A DNA stretch of 64,000 nucleotides from an uncultured Planctomycetia bacterium (GCA_964650515.1 CAZYUB010000012.1:1944-65943), one strand, 5' to 3'; counted from the first letter of the stretch, positions 8,177 through 18,137 are shown. The notes: generated from the letters alone by a model not told the origin. Program-made: numbers and translations.

Positions 8177-10528
8177 ATGGGGGATATGAGACAGCATCTG
8201 GATGGTTTGTCGGCAAATTCAAAGAAGGTCCTCGAGAAACGTTACCTGCGCAAGGATGCCGAAGGCAGGCCTATAGAGACGCCCGAGGAGCTCTTCAGGA
8301 GGGTGGCGCGCAATATAGCTTCAGCGGATTTGTACTACGATCCCGATTATAACGCTTCAAAGCTCGAAGACGAATTTTACGCAACAATATCAAGCCTGGA
8401 TTTCCTTCCAAATTCGCCGACGTTGATGAACGCCGGCCGCGAACTGCAACAGCTCGCGGCGTGTTTCGTGCTGCCTATCGAGGACTCGATGGAGTCGATA
8501 TTCGAGACAATAAAGAACACCGCGCTGATCCACCGCTCGGGCGGCGGGACCGGTTTCTCTTTCTCGCGCCTGCGCCCGGCGAACAGCATGGTAAAGACGA
8601 CCGGCGGCATCGCGAGCGGCCCGGTGTCTTTCATGAAGGTCTTCGACGCGGCGACACACGCGGTCAAGCAGGGCGGCACGCGCCGCGGAGCGAATATGGG
8701 CATCCTGCGCATCGACCATCCGGATATACTCGATTTCATAAAATGCAAGGAGACGGACAAGGATATAACGAATTTCAATATCTCGGTCGCGATAACCGAG
8801 GAGTTCATGAAGAGGGTCGAGCGCGACGAGGAATACGACCTCATATCACCGCATAACAAAAAAGTAGTCGGCAAGCTCAAAGCGCGCGAGGTCTTCGACA
8901 TGATAGTCCAGAGGGCCTGGAAGAACGGCGAGCCCGGCATAATATTCATAGACAGGATAAACAAGTCGAACCCGACGCCGCAGGTCGGCCAGATAGAATC
9001 GACGAACCCGTGCGGCGAGCAGCCGCTGCTGCCGTACGAGAGCTGCAACCTCGGCTCGATAAACCTCATAAAGATGGTCAGGGCGGATACGTCATCCCCG
9101 CAGATCGACTGGGAGAAACTGCGCGAGACGACGCGCCTCGCGGTCCATTTCCTCGACAACGTAATAGACATGAACAAGTTCCCCCTGCAGCAGATCGAGC
9201 AGATGACGAAAGCGAACCGCAAGATAGGCCTCGGCGTCATGGGCTTCGCCGAGATGCTGATAAAGCTCGGCGTCCCTTACAATTCCGACGAGGCGATAGA
9301 GCTCGCCGAGAAGGTAATGTCGTTCATCCAGGAGGAATCAAGGAGGGAGTCGCACGCGCTCGCGTTAAGGCGCGGGACTTTCCCGAATTTCCAGAACTCG
9401 ATATACTCCGACGGGCCGAGCATCAGGAACGCGACGCTGACGACGATCGCCCCGACCGGGACGCTCTCGATACTGGCCGATACTTCGAGCGGCATAGAGC
9501 CGATCTTCGCGATATCATATTACCGCGAGGTCATGGACAAGACGAAGCTTGTCGAGACGAACAAGCTTTTCGACGAGGTCGCGAGGGCACGCGGGTTCTA
9601 TTCCGAAGAGCTGATGAAGAGGATAGCCGAAAAGGGCAGCCTTCAGGATATAGAGGAAGTCCCCGAGGACGTCAAGAGGGTATTCGTCACCGCGCATGAC
9701 ATCACGCCGATATGGCATATAAGGATGCAGGCCGCCTTCCAGAAGTATACGGATAACGCGGTATCGAAGACGGTCAATTTCGCGAATAACGCTACCCCGG
9801 ACGACGTGCATGAGGTATACCTGCTCGCGTACAAGATGGGATGCAAGGGAGTTACGATATACCGCGACGGAAGCCGCCAGGAGCAGGTCCTCTATATAGC
9901 CCACTCAAAGGATAGCGCCAAGCGAAGCGAGGCGCATACCGAAACGGCCGATGCCGCGGAAGCGTCGGTTTCCCAGAAAGCGGAAGAGAAGGCGAGGACA
10001 TCGCCGAGGCCGAGGCCCGAGGTCGTAAGGGGCACGACGACAAAGATCCTCACCGGATGCGGCAACCTTTATATCACGATCAATGAGGACGAGAACGGCT
10101 TGCCGTTCGAGGTATTTACGCAGATGGGCAAGGCCGGCGGCTGCGCGTCAAGCCAGCTGGAGGCAATAGGCAGGCTCGTCTCGCTTGCGTTGCGCTGCGG
10201 ACTCGATACGCATTCCATAATAGAGCAACTCAACGGCATAAGGTGCCCGAACCCGTCATGGGAGAAGGGCGGAAGGATATTCTCCTGCGCCGACGCGCTT
10301 GCAAAGGTGATCGAGAGGCGGCTGCTGAACGTCAAAAAAGCGGCCGAGCCCGCGCCTGTTGCCGTGGCGGAAGAAGTGAAGGCCGAAGAGGCGCCCGCGG
10401 CCCCTAAAGCCAAGGGCAAGAACGCGCTCGGTAACGTCGTAGGCGTGTGCCCCGATTGCGGCGGCGCGCTGCAGCACGTCGAAGGGTGCATGGTCTGCAA
10501 GGGATGCGGTTATTCCAAGTGCGGTTAA
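8177..10528 (+). CDS. nrdJ: Class II (adenosylcobalamin-dependent) ribonucleotide reductase with a C-terminal Cys4 zinc ribbon
   Basis: Active-site region NPCGEQPL..CNLGSINL. C-terminal CPDCGG..CMVCKGCGYSKCG. AAAGGGGG ribosome-binding site 8 nt before the ATG at 8177. The track's start at 8156 is TTG. Confidence 0.9.
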   Translation: MGDMRQHLDGLSANSKKVLEKRYLRKDAEGRPIETPEELFRRVARNIASADLYYDPDYNASKLEDEFYATISSLDFLPNSPTLMNAGRELQQLAACFVLPIEDSMESIFETIKNTALIHRSGGGTGFSFSRLRPANSMVKTTGGIASGPVSFMKVFDAATHAVKQGGTRRGANMGILRIDHPDILDFIKCKETDKDITNFNISVAITEEFMKRVERDEEYDLISPHNKKVVGKLKAREVFDMIVQRAWKNGEPGIIFIDRINKSNPTPQVGQIESTNPCGEQPLLPYESCNLGSINLIKMVRADTSSPQIDWEKLRETTRLAVHFLDNVIDMNKFPLQQIEQMTKANRKIGLGVMGFAEMLIKLGVPYNSDEAIELAEKVMSFIQEESRRESHALALRRGTFPNFQNSIYSDGPSIRNATLTTIAPTGTLSILADTSSGIEPIFAISYYREVMDKTKLVETNKLFDEVARARGFYSEELMKRIAEKGSLQDIEEVPEDVKRVFVTAHDITPIWHIRMQAAFQKYTDNAVSKTVNFANNATPDDVHEVYLLAYKMGCKGVTIYRDGSRQEQVLYIAHSKDSAKRSEAHTETADAAEASVSQKAEEKARTSPRPRPEVVRGTTTKILTGCGNLYITINEDENGLPFEVFTQMGKAGGCASSQLEAIGRLVSLALRCGLDTHSIIEQLNGIRCPNPSWEKGGRIFSCADALAKVIERRLLNVKKAAEPAPVAVAEEVKAEEAPAAPKAKGKNALGNVVGVCPDCGGALQHVEGCMVCKGCGYSKCG

Positions 10529-11086
10529 ATGATTAAACCCGACCGTTGGATCAAAAAAATGGCCCTCGAGGCCAAGATGATCGAGCCGTTCCTCGACCAC
10601 CAGGTCTCGGAGGGCCATATAAGTTTCGGGCTCTCGAGCTTCGGTTACGACATACGCGTGCATGATGAATACAAGGTATTTGTCGGGACCGGCAACCCGG
10701 TAGTCGACCCGAAGAGCATCGACCCGGGCTCCTTTATCGATTTCAAGGGCAAAGAATGCGTTATCCCGCCGAACTCGTTCGTGCTCGCGCGCTCGTTCGA
10801 GTACTTCAGGATACCGGAGAAGGTCATCGCGATCTGTTTCGGAAAGTCAACGTATTGCCGCTGCGGCATACTCGTCAATATCAGCCCTCTCGAACCGACA
10901 TGGGAGGGATTCCTCACGATGGCGATATCGAACACGACCCCGCATCCCGCGAAGATATATTCGCATGAGGGGATAGCCCAGCTCCTTTTCTACGAAGGAG
11001 AAGAGGCCCCCGAAGTCACATATAAGGACAGGAAAGGCAAGTACCAGTCGCAGAAGGGCATAGTCCTGCCGAAGGTAAGCCCTTAA
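10529..11086 (+). CDS. dcd: dCTP deaminase
   Basis: 185 aa, [19 protein letters not shown]. The ATG directly abuts the nrdJ TAA stop. Confidence 0.88.
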   Translation: MIKPDRWIKKMALEAKMIEPFLDHQVSEGHISFGLSSFGYDIRVHDEYKVFVGTGNPVVDPKSIDPGSFIDFKGKECVIPPNSFVLARSFEYFRIPEKVIAICFGKSTYCRCGILVNISPLEPTWEGFLTMAISNTTPHPAKIYSHEGIAQLLFYEGEEAPEVTYKDRKGKYQSQKGIVLPKVSP

Positions 11087-11099
11087 GGGGCACCGTACC

Positions 11100-11942
11100 G
11101 TGAAATACATATTACCTGCCTCAGATCTCAACCTCGAACACACGCTCGAGTGCGGCCAGGCGTTCCGCTGGGAAGAAAAGGACGGCCGTTATTCCGGCGT
11201 CATCGGTAACGCGCTCTTGAAAGTATCCTACGGCGGAGGGAGGTTGCTCATCGAATCGAGCGCCCCCGTCGGGGAAGAGAAGCTCGCCGCCTATTTCGGG
11301 CTCAACGAAGACCTGACTTCCATATACAGGCATATTGGCAGGGACCCTTACATCAGAGAAGCGATAAAGAGGTTCCGCGGCCTGCGTATACTCAACCAGG
11401 ACCGCTGGGAGTGCCTCGCGTCGTTCATACTCTCTTCTTATACGAATATCCCGCGGATAAAAAAGATGATAGCCGGCCTTTCACGCAGGTTCGGGAAACG
11501 CGTCACGCTAGGCGATGACGAAAATTTTACTTTTCCCACAGCCGCCGCAATAGCGAAGGCCGATATCAGGACGCTTAAATCGCTCGGGCTGGGTTTCAGG
11601 GCAGGATATATAAAAGAGACCGCGGGCAGGATAGCCGCGAAAGGAATTGACTTGGACGCGGTCGCGGATTTAAACTATGGGCAGGCGAAGGCCTCGCTCA
11701 TCTCCCTGAAAGGGGTAGGAGAGAAAGTCGCCGATTGCGTATTGCTCTTTTCGTTCAAAAAATATGAGGCATTCCCCGTGGACGTCTGGATAAAGAGGGG
11801 GATCGAGAAACTTTATTTTAACGGAAGGACGGTAAGTCCCGCGGAAGCGGCGGATTTCGCCCGCAAACGGTTCGGGCCGTATGCGGGATACGCGCAGGAA
11901 TACTTATATCATTACTTAAGGCACGAAAGGGGGACAGGATGA
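11100..11942 (+). CDS. 8-oxoguanine DNA glycosylase / AP lyase of the OGG1 (eukaryote/archaeal-like) HhH-GPD type
   Basis: 280 aa, GTG start. N-terminal LECGQAFRW and HhH-GPD region LKGVGEKVADCVLLF..PVDVW with a catalytic-type Lys and Asp. Confidence 0.7.
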   Translation: MKYILPASDLNLEHTLECGQAFRWEEKDGRYSGVIGNALLKVSYGGGRLLIESSAPVGEEKLAAYFGLNEDLTSIYRHIGRDPYIREAIKRFRGLRILNQDRWECLASFILSSYTNIPRIKKMIAGLSRRFGKRVTLGDDENFTFPTAAAIAKADIRTLKSLGLGFRAGYIKETAGRIAAKGIDLDAVADLNYGQAKASLISLKGVGEKVADCVLLFSFKKYEAFPVDVWIKRGIEKLYFNGRTVSPAEAADFARKRFGPYAGYAQEYLYHYLRHERGTG

Positions 11943-12211
11943 TAGAGGAGTACAGGAGGAAAACCAACATCGGCATTGGTTCCGGCATAGTCGCGCAGGT
12001 CCTGGGCTATTTCCTTACTTTCTCGCAGGTCGGCATTATAATGTGGATCGGCGCGCTGCTGGCTTGGGGAGGGTTCCTGCTGGTAATGTGGGGGCTTTTT
12101 AATTACGCAAAGGGGAAGGGTTATAGCGGATTATGGGGCCTGCTCGGGCTGCTGAGCATATTCGGCCTCGCGGTCCTCGCGTTCTTTCCGGACAAGAAAA
12201 AGGGGGTTTAA
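11939..12211 (+). CDS. Small membrane protein (hypothetical, 2 TM)
   Basis: 90 aa, hydrophobic; overlaps the upstream gene by 4 nt. Confidence 0.4.
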   Translation: MIEEYRRKTNIGIGSGIVAQVLGYFLTFSQVGIIMWIGALLAWGGFLLVMWGLFNYAKGKGYSGLWGLLGLLSIFGLAVLAFFPDKKKGV

Positions 12212-12212
12212 G

Positions 12213-12767
12213 ATGCGTGATACCCGGCTCGTGGCCGTCATCGCCGCCTTATCCATCGCGTGCGGCGCGTCATGCGCGGCCGACGTGCTCGATAAGGACA
12301 TGAAGATAGGCGATACGGTATACCCGAAAGGGACGCAGGTAGGGTATTACAAATCCGGGAAACTTCACTGGGCCCAGCCGAAGAGGCCGGTCACGGTAAA
12401 CGGCCTTAAAGCCGCCGCAAATTATAACATCATCTTTTACCCGTCGGGAAAATTGAAGCAGATACGCCTCGCGACGTCAGCCGTGATCGACGGCAGGAAG
12501 TGCGCGGCGAATTACCTGACCGAATTGCATGAATCGGGCAAGATCGCCGTATGCCCGCTCGCCGAACCGACGACTATACAGGGCATCAAGCTCAATAACA
12601 GGGATTTCGCGATATTTTCAGAGGACGGCAAGCTGGCCGGAATGATGATACACCAGCCGGTGACGATAAAGGGAAAGAAATACATGCCGAACTGCGAGAT
12701 ATACCTCGACGAGAAAGGCGATGTCAAGGAAGTAAAGAAGCTGGCCGACGGGGTCCACTATTACTGA
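12213..12767 (+). CDS. Secreted protein with MORN-variant (YwqK-like) repeats
   Basis: Signal peptide MRDTRLVAVIAALSIACGASCAA. The repeated motif is Y/F-Y/F-x-S/D-G-K-L/I, e.g. YYKSGKLHW, FYPSGKLKQ, LHESGKIAV, FSEDGKLAG. Confidence 0.5.
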   Translation: MRDTRLVAVIAALSIACGASCAADVLDKDMKIGDTVYPKGTQVGYYKSGKLHWAQPKRPVTVNGLKAAANYNIIFYPSGKLKQIRLATSAVIDGRKCAANYLTELHESGKIAVCPLAEPTTIQGIKLNNRDFAIFSEDGKLAGMMIHQPVTIKGKKYMPNCEIYLDEKGDVKEVKKLADGVHYY

Positions 12768-13321
12768 AACCTTCCGGAAGCGTCCTGCAGTTTCCTGATG
12801 AAGCCCTTATATAACAGGTCCGTTTCTATCCCGAGGGCCTCCGCCTTGTGCAGGTCATCCCAGGCCTTGTCGTACTCTTCCATATCGTAGTATACCCTTG
12901 AGCGGCTGAAATAAGCGTCCTTGTATTCCGGGTCGAGCCCGATGGCGGCCGTCAGGTCCGCGACCGCCTCCTTGTACATCTCCATGTAAGCGAAAGAGAT
13001 CGCGCGGCCGTAATATGCCGCCGCGTATTTCGGGTCTATCTTCAATGTCTGCGTGAAATCCATGACAGAAAGCTCGTATTCGCCCTTGTACCTGCGGGCA
13101 AACCCCCTGATATAGTACGCTCCGGAGCACCTCGGCTCGATCGCGAGTATCTCGTTGCATTTTTCCACGGCCTTGTCGTATTCGTTATTGCAGAGGTGCC
13201 TGCTTGCCTCCGTTAAAAGCTTTACGACGTTCTTTGCCGGTGCAGGATCGGCCTGCGGGGCGCAGTTAAGGGCGGCAACGGACAACAAAACCGCTAAAAT
13301 AATCTTTAAGGTGCGTTTCAT
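12761..13321 (-). CDS. Secreted TPR-repeat protein
   Basis: 186 aa from ATG (rc 13319-13321), with signal peptide MKRTLKIILAVLLSVAALNC and three to four TPR units (AYYIRG..., AYYGRA..., AYFSRSRVYY). The track's longer 267-aa version adds a non-protein-like N-terminal extension. Confidence 0.7.
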   Translation of the reverse strand: MKRTLKIILAVLLSVAALNCAPQADPAPAKNVVKLLTEASRHLCNNEYDKAVEKCNEILAIEPRCSGAYYIRGFARRYKGEYELSVMDFTQTLKIDPKYAAAYYGRAISFAYMEMYKEAVADLTAAIGLDPEYKDAYFSRSRVYYDMEEYDKAWDDLHKAEALGIETDLLYKGFIRKLQDASGRFQ

Positions 13322-13364
13322 GCTCGTCTCCGTTTTTGTTCCGATGATTATAGCACAAAAGTGC

Positions 13365-13392
13365 TTGACAAAAGATATATTTATGTTATAAA
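13365..13392 (+). promoter_or_regulatory. Sigma70-like promoter (TTGACA-N16-TATAAA) for the 13446 gene
   Basis: Lies in the divergent intergenic region between the TPR gene (minus) and the membrane protein gene (plus). Confidence 0.4.
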
Positions 13393-13445
13393 TAGAATCA
13401 AACAGGAAAAGAAGTTGGATTGAAAAACCTGAAAGGAGGGGTAAG

Positions 13446-14141
13446 ATGGGTGATGGTGGACAGGCAGTACAGATCATACTCGATACCTGGAGCCAGGTAT
13501 GGGGTAATTTAGCATTATACCTGTCGAAGATAATCGTCGCGTTGATCGTATTCATTGTCGGCATAATAATCGCGAAGATTATCGAAAAGCTTATCGTTCA
13601 GGTCCTTAAGGTTGCGCGGTTCGACGTCTTATCTGAAAAGGCGGGGATAGCCAGCATACTCGCAAAAGGCGAGATCAAGCACACCCTGTCGGAGCTCATA
13701 GGCATTGTCTTCTATTGGCTCATGGCGTTGGTTGTTGTTATCATCACGCTGAATCTCGTTAGCCCGAGCCCGGAAGTCATGGCCGGAAGCTTCCTTGATG
13801 AAGCCGTAAAGTACGCAGGAAAAGTAATACTATCGATATTTGTCCTGGTCCTTGGCCTCTTCTTTGCCGCCCTGATAGGTTCGGTGGTAAGGACGACGGC
13901 GTCTAACGCGGGCATAGCTACCGCGAAGAACCTCGGCCAGATCGCCCAGACCGTCATCATAGTCATAACGGTCTTGACAGTGCTTCCTATGTTAGGCGTC
14001 CGCACATTCATTCTTGACATGGCTGTAGTCGTTACCCTGGCTGCAACCGGATTGGCCCTCGGCCTCGCATTCGGCCTGGGATCCAAGGAAATCGCAGGCA
14101 AGATGATGTCGGAGATCGTCGACAAATGGAAGAGGAAATAA
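13446..14141 (+). CDS. Polytopic membrane protein with 'conserved TM helix'-type repeats (MscS-associated family)
   Basis: 231 aa, about 5-6 TM. AGGAGGGG ribosome-binding site. Internal duplicated hydrophobic modules. Confidence 0.45.
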   Translation: MGDGGQAVQIILDTWSQVWGNLALYLSKIIVALIVFIVGIIIAKIIEKLIVQVLKVARFDVLSEKAGIASILAKGEIKHTLSELIGIVFYWLMALVVVIITLNLVSPSPEVMAGSFLDEAVKYAGKVILSIFVLVLGLFFAALIGSVVRTTASNAGIATAKNLGQIAQTVIIVITVLTVLPMLGVRTFILDMAVVVTLAATGLALGLAFGLGSKEIAGKMMSEIVDKWKRK

Positions 14142-14192
14142 GTCGGGAGGGACTCGTAATTAAAGTTGGATAGGTTCAACTAGCAGTATAAA

Positions 14193-14231
14193 TGAAGGGA
14201 CTTCTAAACGGGGAAGTCCCTTCATTTTTTT
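14193..14231 (+). terminator. Rho-independent terminator
   Basis: Stem TGAAGGGACTTC/GAAGTCCCTTCA (12 bp) followed by TTTTTTT. Confidence 0.75.
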
Positions 14232-14250
14232 ATACCTCGGGAAGATATTT

Positions 14251-15291
14251 ATGGCAAATATTGTGGAGAAACATGTGACGGGACACAAAGCCTCGCTTCG
14301 GCGGGACCTTGTAGTGGGCTTGACCTATGACGTCAAGCCGGACTATGTATTGAAAAAAGGCGACCCCGAAGACGCGAATGCCGAGTTCGACCACCCCGAT
14401 ACTATAGAGGTAATAAAGGACGCGATAGAGTCCGGCGGGCACAAAGTAGTAAAGATAGGCAATGTAAGGAACCTGCTCAAGAGGATAAAGGGACTCGACG
14501 TAGATATTGTCTTCAACATAGCGGAAGGCGTTACCGGGAGGAACAGGGAGTCAGAGATACCCGTCATACTCGAGATGGCGGGGATACCGTTCGTCGGAGC
14601 CGACGGCCTCACGCTCGGCCTAACGCTCGATAAGGTGATGGCAAAGAAAGTGCTCATATCGGAAGGCGTCCCGACGCCTTCCTTTTTCCAGATATCCGAT
14701 ATAAGGAACGTAGACGGGGCGGGGATAGGCTTCCCGCTCATAGTCAAGCCTAAGCAGGAGGGCTCGAGCAAGGGCATCAGCGACAAGTCGATCGTGCATA
14801 ACAGGCGCGACCTCATCAAACAGGCCGACTGGGTCATACGCACGTACAAACAACCGGCGCTCGTGGAGAGTTTCATAACCGGTTCGGAGTTCACGGTCCC
14901 GGTGGTCGGCAACGATGATCCCGAGGCATTGCCGACGGTGCAGATAAGCATAGACGGAAAGACGAACCTCGGTGACCTCTGCTATACTTTCTCGAGGATA
15001 ACTTCGAACACGCTGAACTATGTGTGCCCGGCAAGGATAACAAGGTCCCTGGACAATAAGTTAAAGGACATGGCGCTCAGGGCCTACAAGGCCGTTGAGT
15101 GCCGCGATTTCGGGAGGGTGGACTTCAGGGTAGATAAGCACGGCAATCCTTATGTGCTCGAGATCAATCCCCTGCCGTCATTGTCCACGGAAGACGTTTT
15201 CATGGTCATAACAAGGCAGATGAAGACAACGTACAACAAACTGATAAACAGGATACTCGACTACGCACTGGAAAGGTACGGTATAAGATAA
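14251..15291 (+). CDS. ATP-grasp ligase of the D-Ala-D-Ala ligase (Ddl) family, paralog 1
   Basis: 346 aa with DIVFNIAEG, PLIVKPKQEGSSKG and EINPLPSL blocks typical of Ddl-like ATP-grasp enzymes. Confidence 0.8.
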   Translation: MANIVEKHVTGHKASLRRDLVVGLTYDVKPDYVLKKGDPEDANAEFDHPDTIEVIKDAIESGGHKVVKIGNVRNLLKRIKGLDVDIVFNIAEGVTGRNRESEIPVILEMAGIPFVGADGLTLGLTLDKVMAKKVLISEGVPTPSFFQISDIRNVDGAGIGFPLIVKPKQEGSSKGISDKSIVHNRRDLIKQADWVIRTYKQPALVESFITGSEFTVPVVGNDDPEALPTVQISIDGKTNLGDLCYTFSRITSNTLNYVCPARITRSLDNKLKDMALRAYKAVECRDFGRVDFRVDKHGNPYVLEINPLPSLSTEDVFMVITRQMKTTYNKLINRILDYALERYGIR

Positions 15292-15292
15292 G

Positions 15293-16342
15293 ATGGGCCT
15301 CAAGGTGGCTTTGACATACAATTTGAAGAGGAAGATAGACGATGCCGGGCTCCCGGATGATTATTATTCCGAATTCGACAGCAAGGAGACGATAGAGGCG
15401 ATCGCCTCCGGCCTGCGTTCGGGCGGTAACGAGGTCTTCCTCGTCGAAGCGGACAAGGGGCTGCTTAACTGGTTCCAGTCGAACAAAGTGGATATAGTAT
15501 TCAACATCGCGGAAGGCATGAACGGCGAATCGAGGGAGTCGCAGGTGCCCGCGATACTGGATTTTCTCGGCATACCTTATAGCGGGTCGGGCGTGCTGGC
15601 GCTGGGCATCTCGCTGAATAAGGCGCTTACTAAGAAACTGTTCGAGCAGTCGGGCATACCGACGCCAAAATGCAGGCTTATAAGCGACCCGGCCGATATC
15701 TCGGATGCCGGGTTAAGGTATCCTCTCATAGTCAAGCCGAACAGGGAGGGTTCCGGGAAAGGCATAACGATAACAAGCGTAGTGCGCAATAAGGCGGAAT
15801 TAGAGAGGGAGGTCTCGAAGACCTTCCGAGTATACAGGCAGGAGATACTAGTCGAGGAGTTCATTGAAGGCAAGGAACTGACCGTGGGCATCCTCGGCAA
15901 CTACCCGCCGGTGACGCTGCCGATACTTGAGATAGATTTCTCCAATTGCCGCGCGTCGGGCGAATTTTTCTATACATGGAAGGTAAAGGAATTCGAGAAG
16001 GAGGTCGAAGACAGCAAGGGCCTGAGCCCGTTATGGCATTGCCCGGCGAGGATAACGGCCGCGGAGGCCGCGCTGGTCAAGGAGACCGCCATCAAGGCAT
16101 TCAACGTGCTGGGCTGCGTCGACCTGTCACGAGTGGATATAATGCTCGATAAGAAGGGCGTGCCTTACGTTCTTGAGGTCAATCCGCTGCCTGGGCTCGA
16201 CCCGGTAGATTCGAATTTTCCGTTCATCGGGAAATGCGCGGGCCTCGATTATCCCGCGCTTATGAACAGGATACTTGAAACAGCCGTGGAGAGGCATACA
16301 AAAAACGGCAACCTTGCCCTACAGGAAAGGAGCTTACGTTGA
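15293..16342 (+). CDS. ATP-grasp ligase of the D-Ala-D-Ala ligase family, paralog 2
   Basis: 349 aa, colinear with paralog 1 (DIVFNIAEG, PLIVKPNREGSGKG, EVNPLPGL); starts 1 nt after the upstream stop. Confidence 0.8.
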   Translation: MGLKVALTYNLKRKIDDAGLPDDYYSEFDSKETIEAIASGLRSGGNEVFLVEADKGLLNWFQSNKVDIVFNIAEGMNGESRESQVPAILDFLGIPYSGSGVLALGISLNKALTKKLFEQSGIPTPKCRLISDPADISDAGLRYPLIVKPNREGSGKGITITSVVRNKAELEREVSKTFRVYRQEILVEEFIEGKELTVGILGNYPPVTLPILEIDFSNCRASGEFFYTWKVKEFEKEVEDSKGLSPLWHCPARITAAEAALVKETAIKAFNVLGCVDLSRVDIMLDKKGVPYVLEVNPLPGLDPVDSNFPFIGKCAGLDYPALMNRILETAVERHTKNGNLALQERSLR

Positions 16343-17559
16343 TTACTTCCGCTGGTTCCATAGCCGAGCACTGGAAGGACGTTCCGGAGAGCGACTGGGA
16401 GGATTGGCACTGGCAGATCAAGAACAGGATAATGACCTATGATGGCCTGAAAGAAGTGCTGAAACTAATGCCGTCGGAAGAGATCGGCGTAAAGAGGAGC
16501 AAGGGAAGGCTGCTGATGGCGATAACCCCCTACTGGCTCTCGCTAATAGATACGATGAGGCCCACATGCCCGATAAGGAGGCAATGCATACCGACATCGG
16601 AAGAGTTCGAGGTCTCACAGAACGACATGGAAGACCCGTGCGGAGAGGACAAGGATTCGCCGGTGCCGGGGCTCGTGCACAGGTACCCGGACAGGGTGCT
16701 GCTGCTCGTCACGGAGAAATGCGCGATGTACTGCCGCCATTGCACGAGGCGCAGGCTCGTCGGGTCGGAAGCGCACCTGACAAGCCCGCAGAATTTCGAG
16801 AAGGCCTACGATTACATAAGGTCGAACCGCAGGATACGCGACGTGCTGATATCAGGCGGCGACCCGCTGATGCTTCCCGACGAGACGCTCGAGGAGATAC
16901 TAAGCAGCCTCAGGGCGATACCGAACGTCGAGTTCATACGCCTCGGGACGAGGATGCCTGTCACGGTCCCGATGAGGGTCACCGAGAACCTCGTATCGAT
17001 GTTCAAGAAATACGGCCCTATATGGGTCTCGCTGCATTTCAACCATCCGAAGGAGATAACGAAGCGCTGCAAGAAGGCGTGCGACATGCTCTCGGAATCC
17101 GGCATCCCGCTCGGCAGCCAATCCGTGCTGCTGAAGGGCGTCAACGATAGGCCGTCGACGATGAGGAGGCTCATGCATGAGCTGCTGAAAGTACGCGTGC
17201 GCCCGTATTACATATACCAGTGCGACCCCGCGAAGGGCATCAGCCATTTCAGGACGCCGATCGCGACAGGCATAAATATAATGGAGAAGCTACGCGGCCA
17301 TACCTCGGGCTACGCAGTCCCGACCTATGTCGTGGACGCGCCGGGAGGGGGCGGGAAGATACCCGTCGCTCCGAATTACGTGATATCGCAGCAGAAGGGC
17401 GCTTTCACGCTGAGGAATTACGAGGGGCAGATGTTCACTTATTACGAGCCCGCGGAGGATAACGAGGTCACGAGGCTCGTGCCGGCGCACGGGAAGCAGG
17501 CGCAGAAGGCAGTATCGAAGGAAGCCAAACCGTCCGAATCGAAGACGGCTGCCGCTTGA
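16339..17559 (+). CDS. kamA: Lysine 2,3-aminomutase (KamA/EpmB family radical SAM enzyme)
   Basis: Radical SAM CxxxCxxC (CAMYCRHCTRRR) and downstream ISGGDPL, with typical KamA N-terminal WQ motifs. Overlaps the upstream ATP-grasp gene by 4 nt. Confidence 0.85.
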   Translation: MITSAGSIAEHWKDVPESDWEDWHWQIKNRIMTYDGLKEVLKLMPSEEIGVKRSKGRLLMAITPYWLSLIDTMRPTCPIRRQCIPTSEEFEVSQNDMEDPCGEDKDSPVPGLVHRYPDRVLLLVTEKCAMYCRHCTRRRLVGSEAHLTSPQNFEKAYDYIRSNRRIRDVLISGGDPLMLPDETLEEILSSLRAIPNVEFIRLGTRMPVTVPMRVTENLVSMFKKYGPIWVSLHFNHPKEITKRCKKACDMLSESGIPLGSQSVLLKGVNDRPSTMRRLMHELLKVRVRPYYIYQCDPAKGISHFRTPIATGINIMEKLRGHTSGYAVPTYVVDAPGGGGKIPVAPNYVISQQKGAFTLRNYEGQMFTYYEPAEDNEVTRLVPAHGKQAQKAVSKEAKPSESKTAAA

Positions 17560-17564
17560 AATAT

Positions 17565-18137
17565 ATGCTTAAAAGGATACCGGCCTATTCGCTCGTCGCT
17601 TTCGCCGCCGCCATTCTGACGTGCGGATGCGGCCCCCGCCAGAGCACGGAAGACCTGAAGTCGGCGCTTGTGGATTTCGACCCTTCCTTCAGGGAGATCC
17701 TCGACAAAAAAACCCAGGTGGATACGCAAATAGAGACCCTCAAGGGCGAATTCAGGACGAAGCAGGGGGATATTAACTCGAGGATAATGGAACTCGAGGA
17801 GGAGCTCAAGGCCGCGAGGAAAGAGCTGTATACCAAGACGCGCGAGCTTTCGGCCCAGCTCGATCCCGAGAGGCAGAAGATAGACCTTAAGGTGGAAGAC
17901 CTTAAGATGAAGCTGGCCGGCAAGGAGGCGCGCGCGGCCTCGACGAAGAACTCGATAAAGAACCAGAAAGGCCTGCTCGATAACAAGAAACTGAACCTCT
18001 CCTCACCGGAACAGGCAGAACTCCAGAGGAATATAGAGAAAGCAAAGCAGGAACTTACCCCGTTGGAGGACGAGATAACCGCCCTCCGCCGCGAAATACA
18101 GCTCTACAGGCAGGAATCCAACCTCTTAAGATACTGA
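17565..18137 (+). CDS. Coiled-coil lipoprotein (hypothetical)
   Basis: Signal peptide plus LTCGCG lipobox, remainder heptad-rich. The track's start at 17556 is TTG; ATG 17565 is preferred. Confidence 0.5.
   Translation: MLKRIPAYSLVAFAAAILTCGCGPRQSTEDLKSALVDFDPSFREILDKKTQVDTQIETLKGEFRTKQGDINSRIMELEEELKAARKELYTKTRELSAQLDPERQKIDLKVEDLKMKLAGKEARAASTKNSIKNQKGLLDNKKLNLSSPEQAELQRNIEKAKQELTPLEDEITALRREIQLYRQESNLLRY

Noticed and set aside
13322-13564. 81-aa N-terminal extension of the minus-strand TPR gene
   Set aside because: The extension covers the divergent promoter region and is not protein-like; the internal ATG (rc 13319-13321) begins a clean signal peptide.
16566-17150. 194-aa plus-strand alternative-frame ORF within kamA
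   Set aside because: Out of frame relative to the radical-SAM KamA reading frame; Arg/Gly/Ala-rich.
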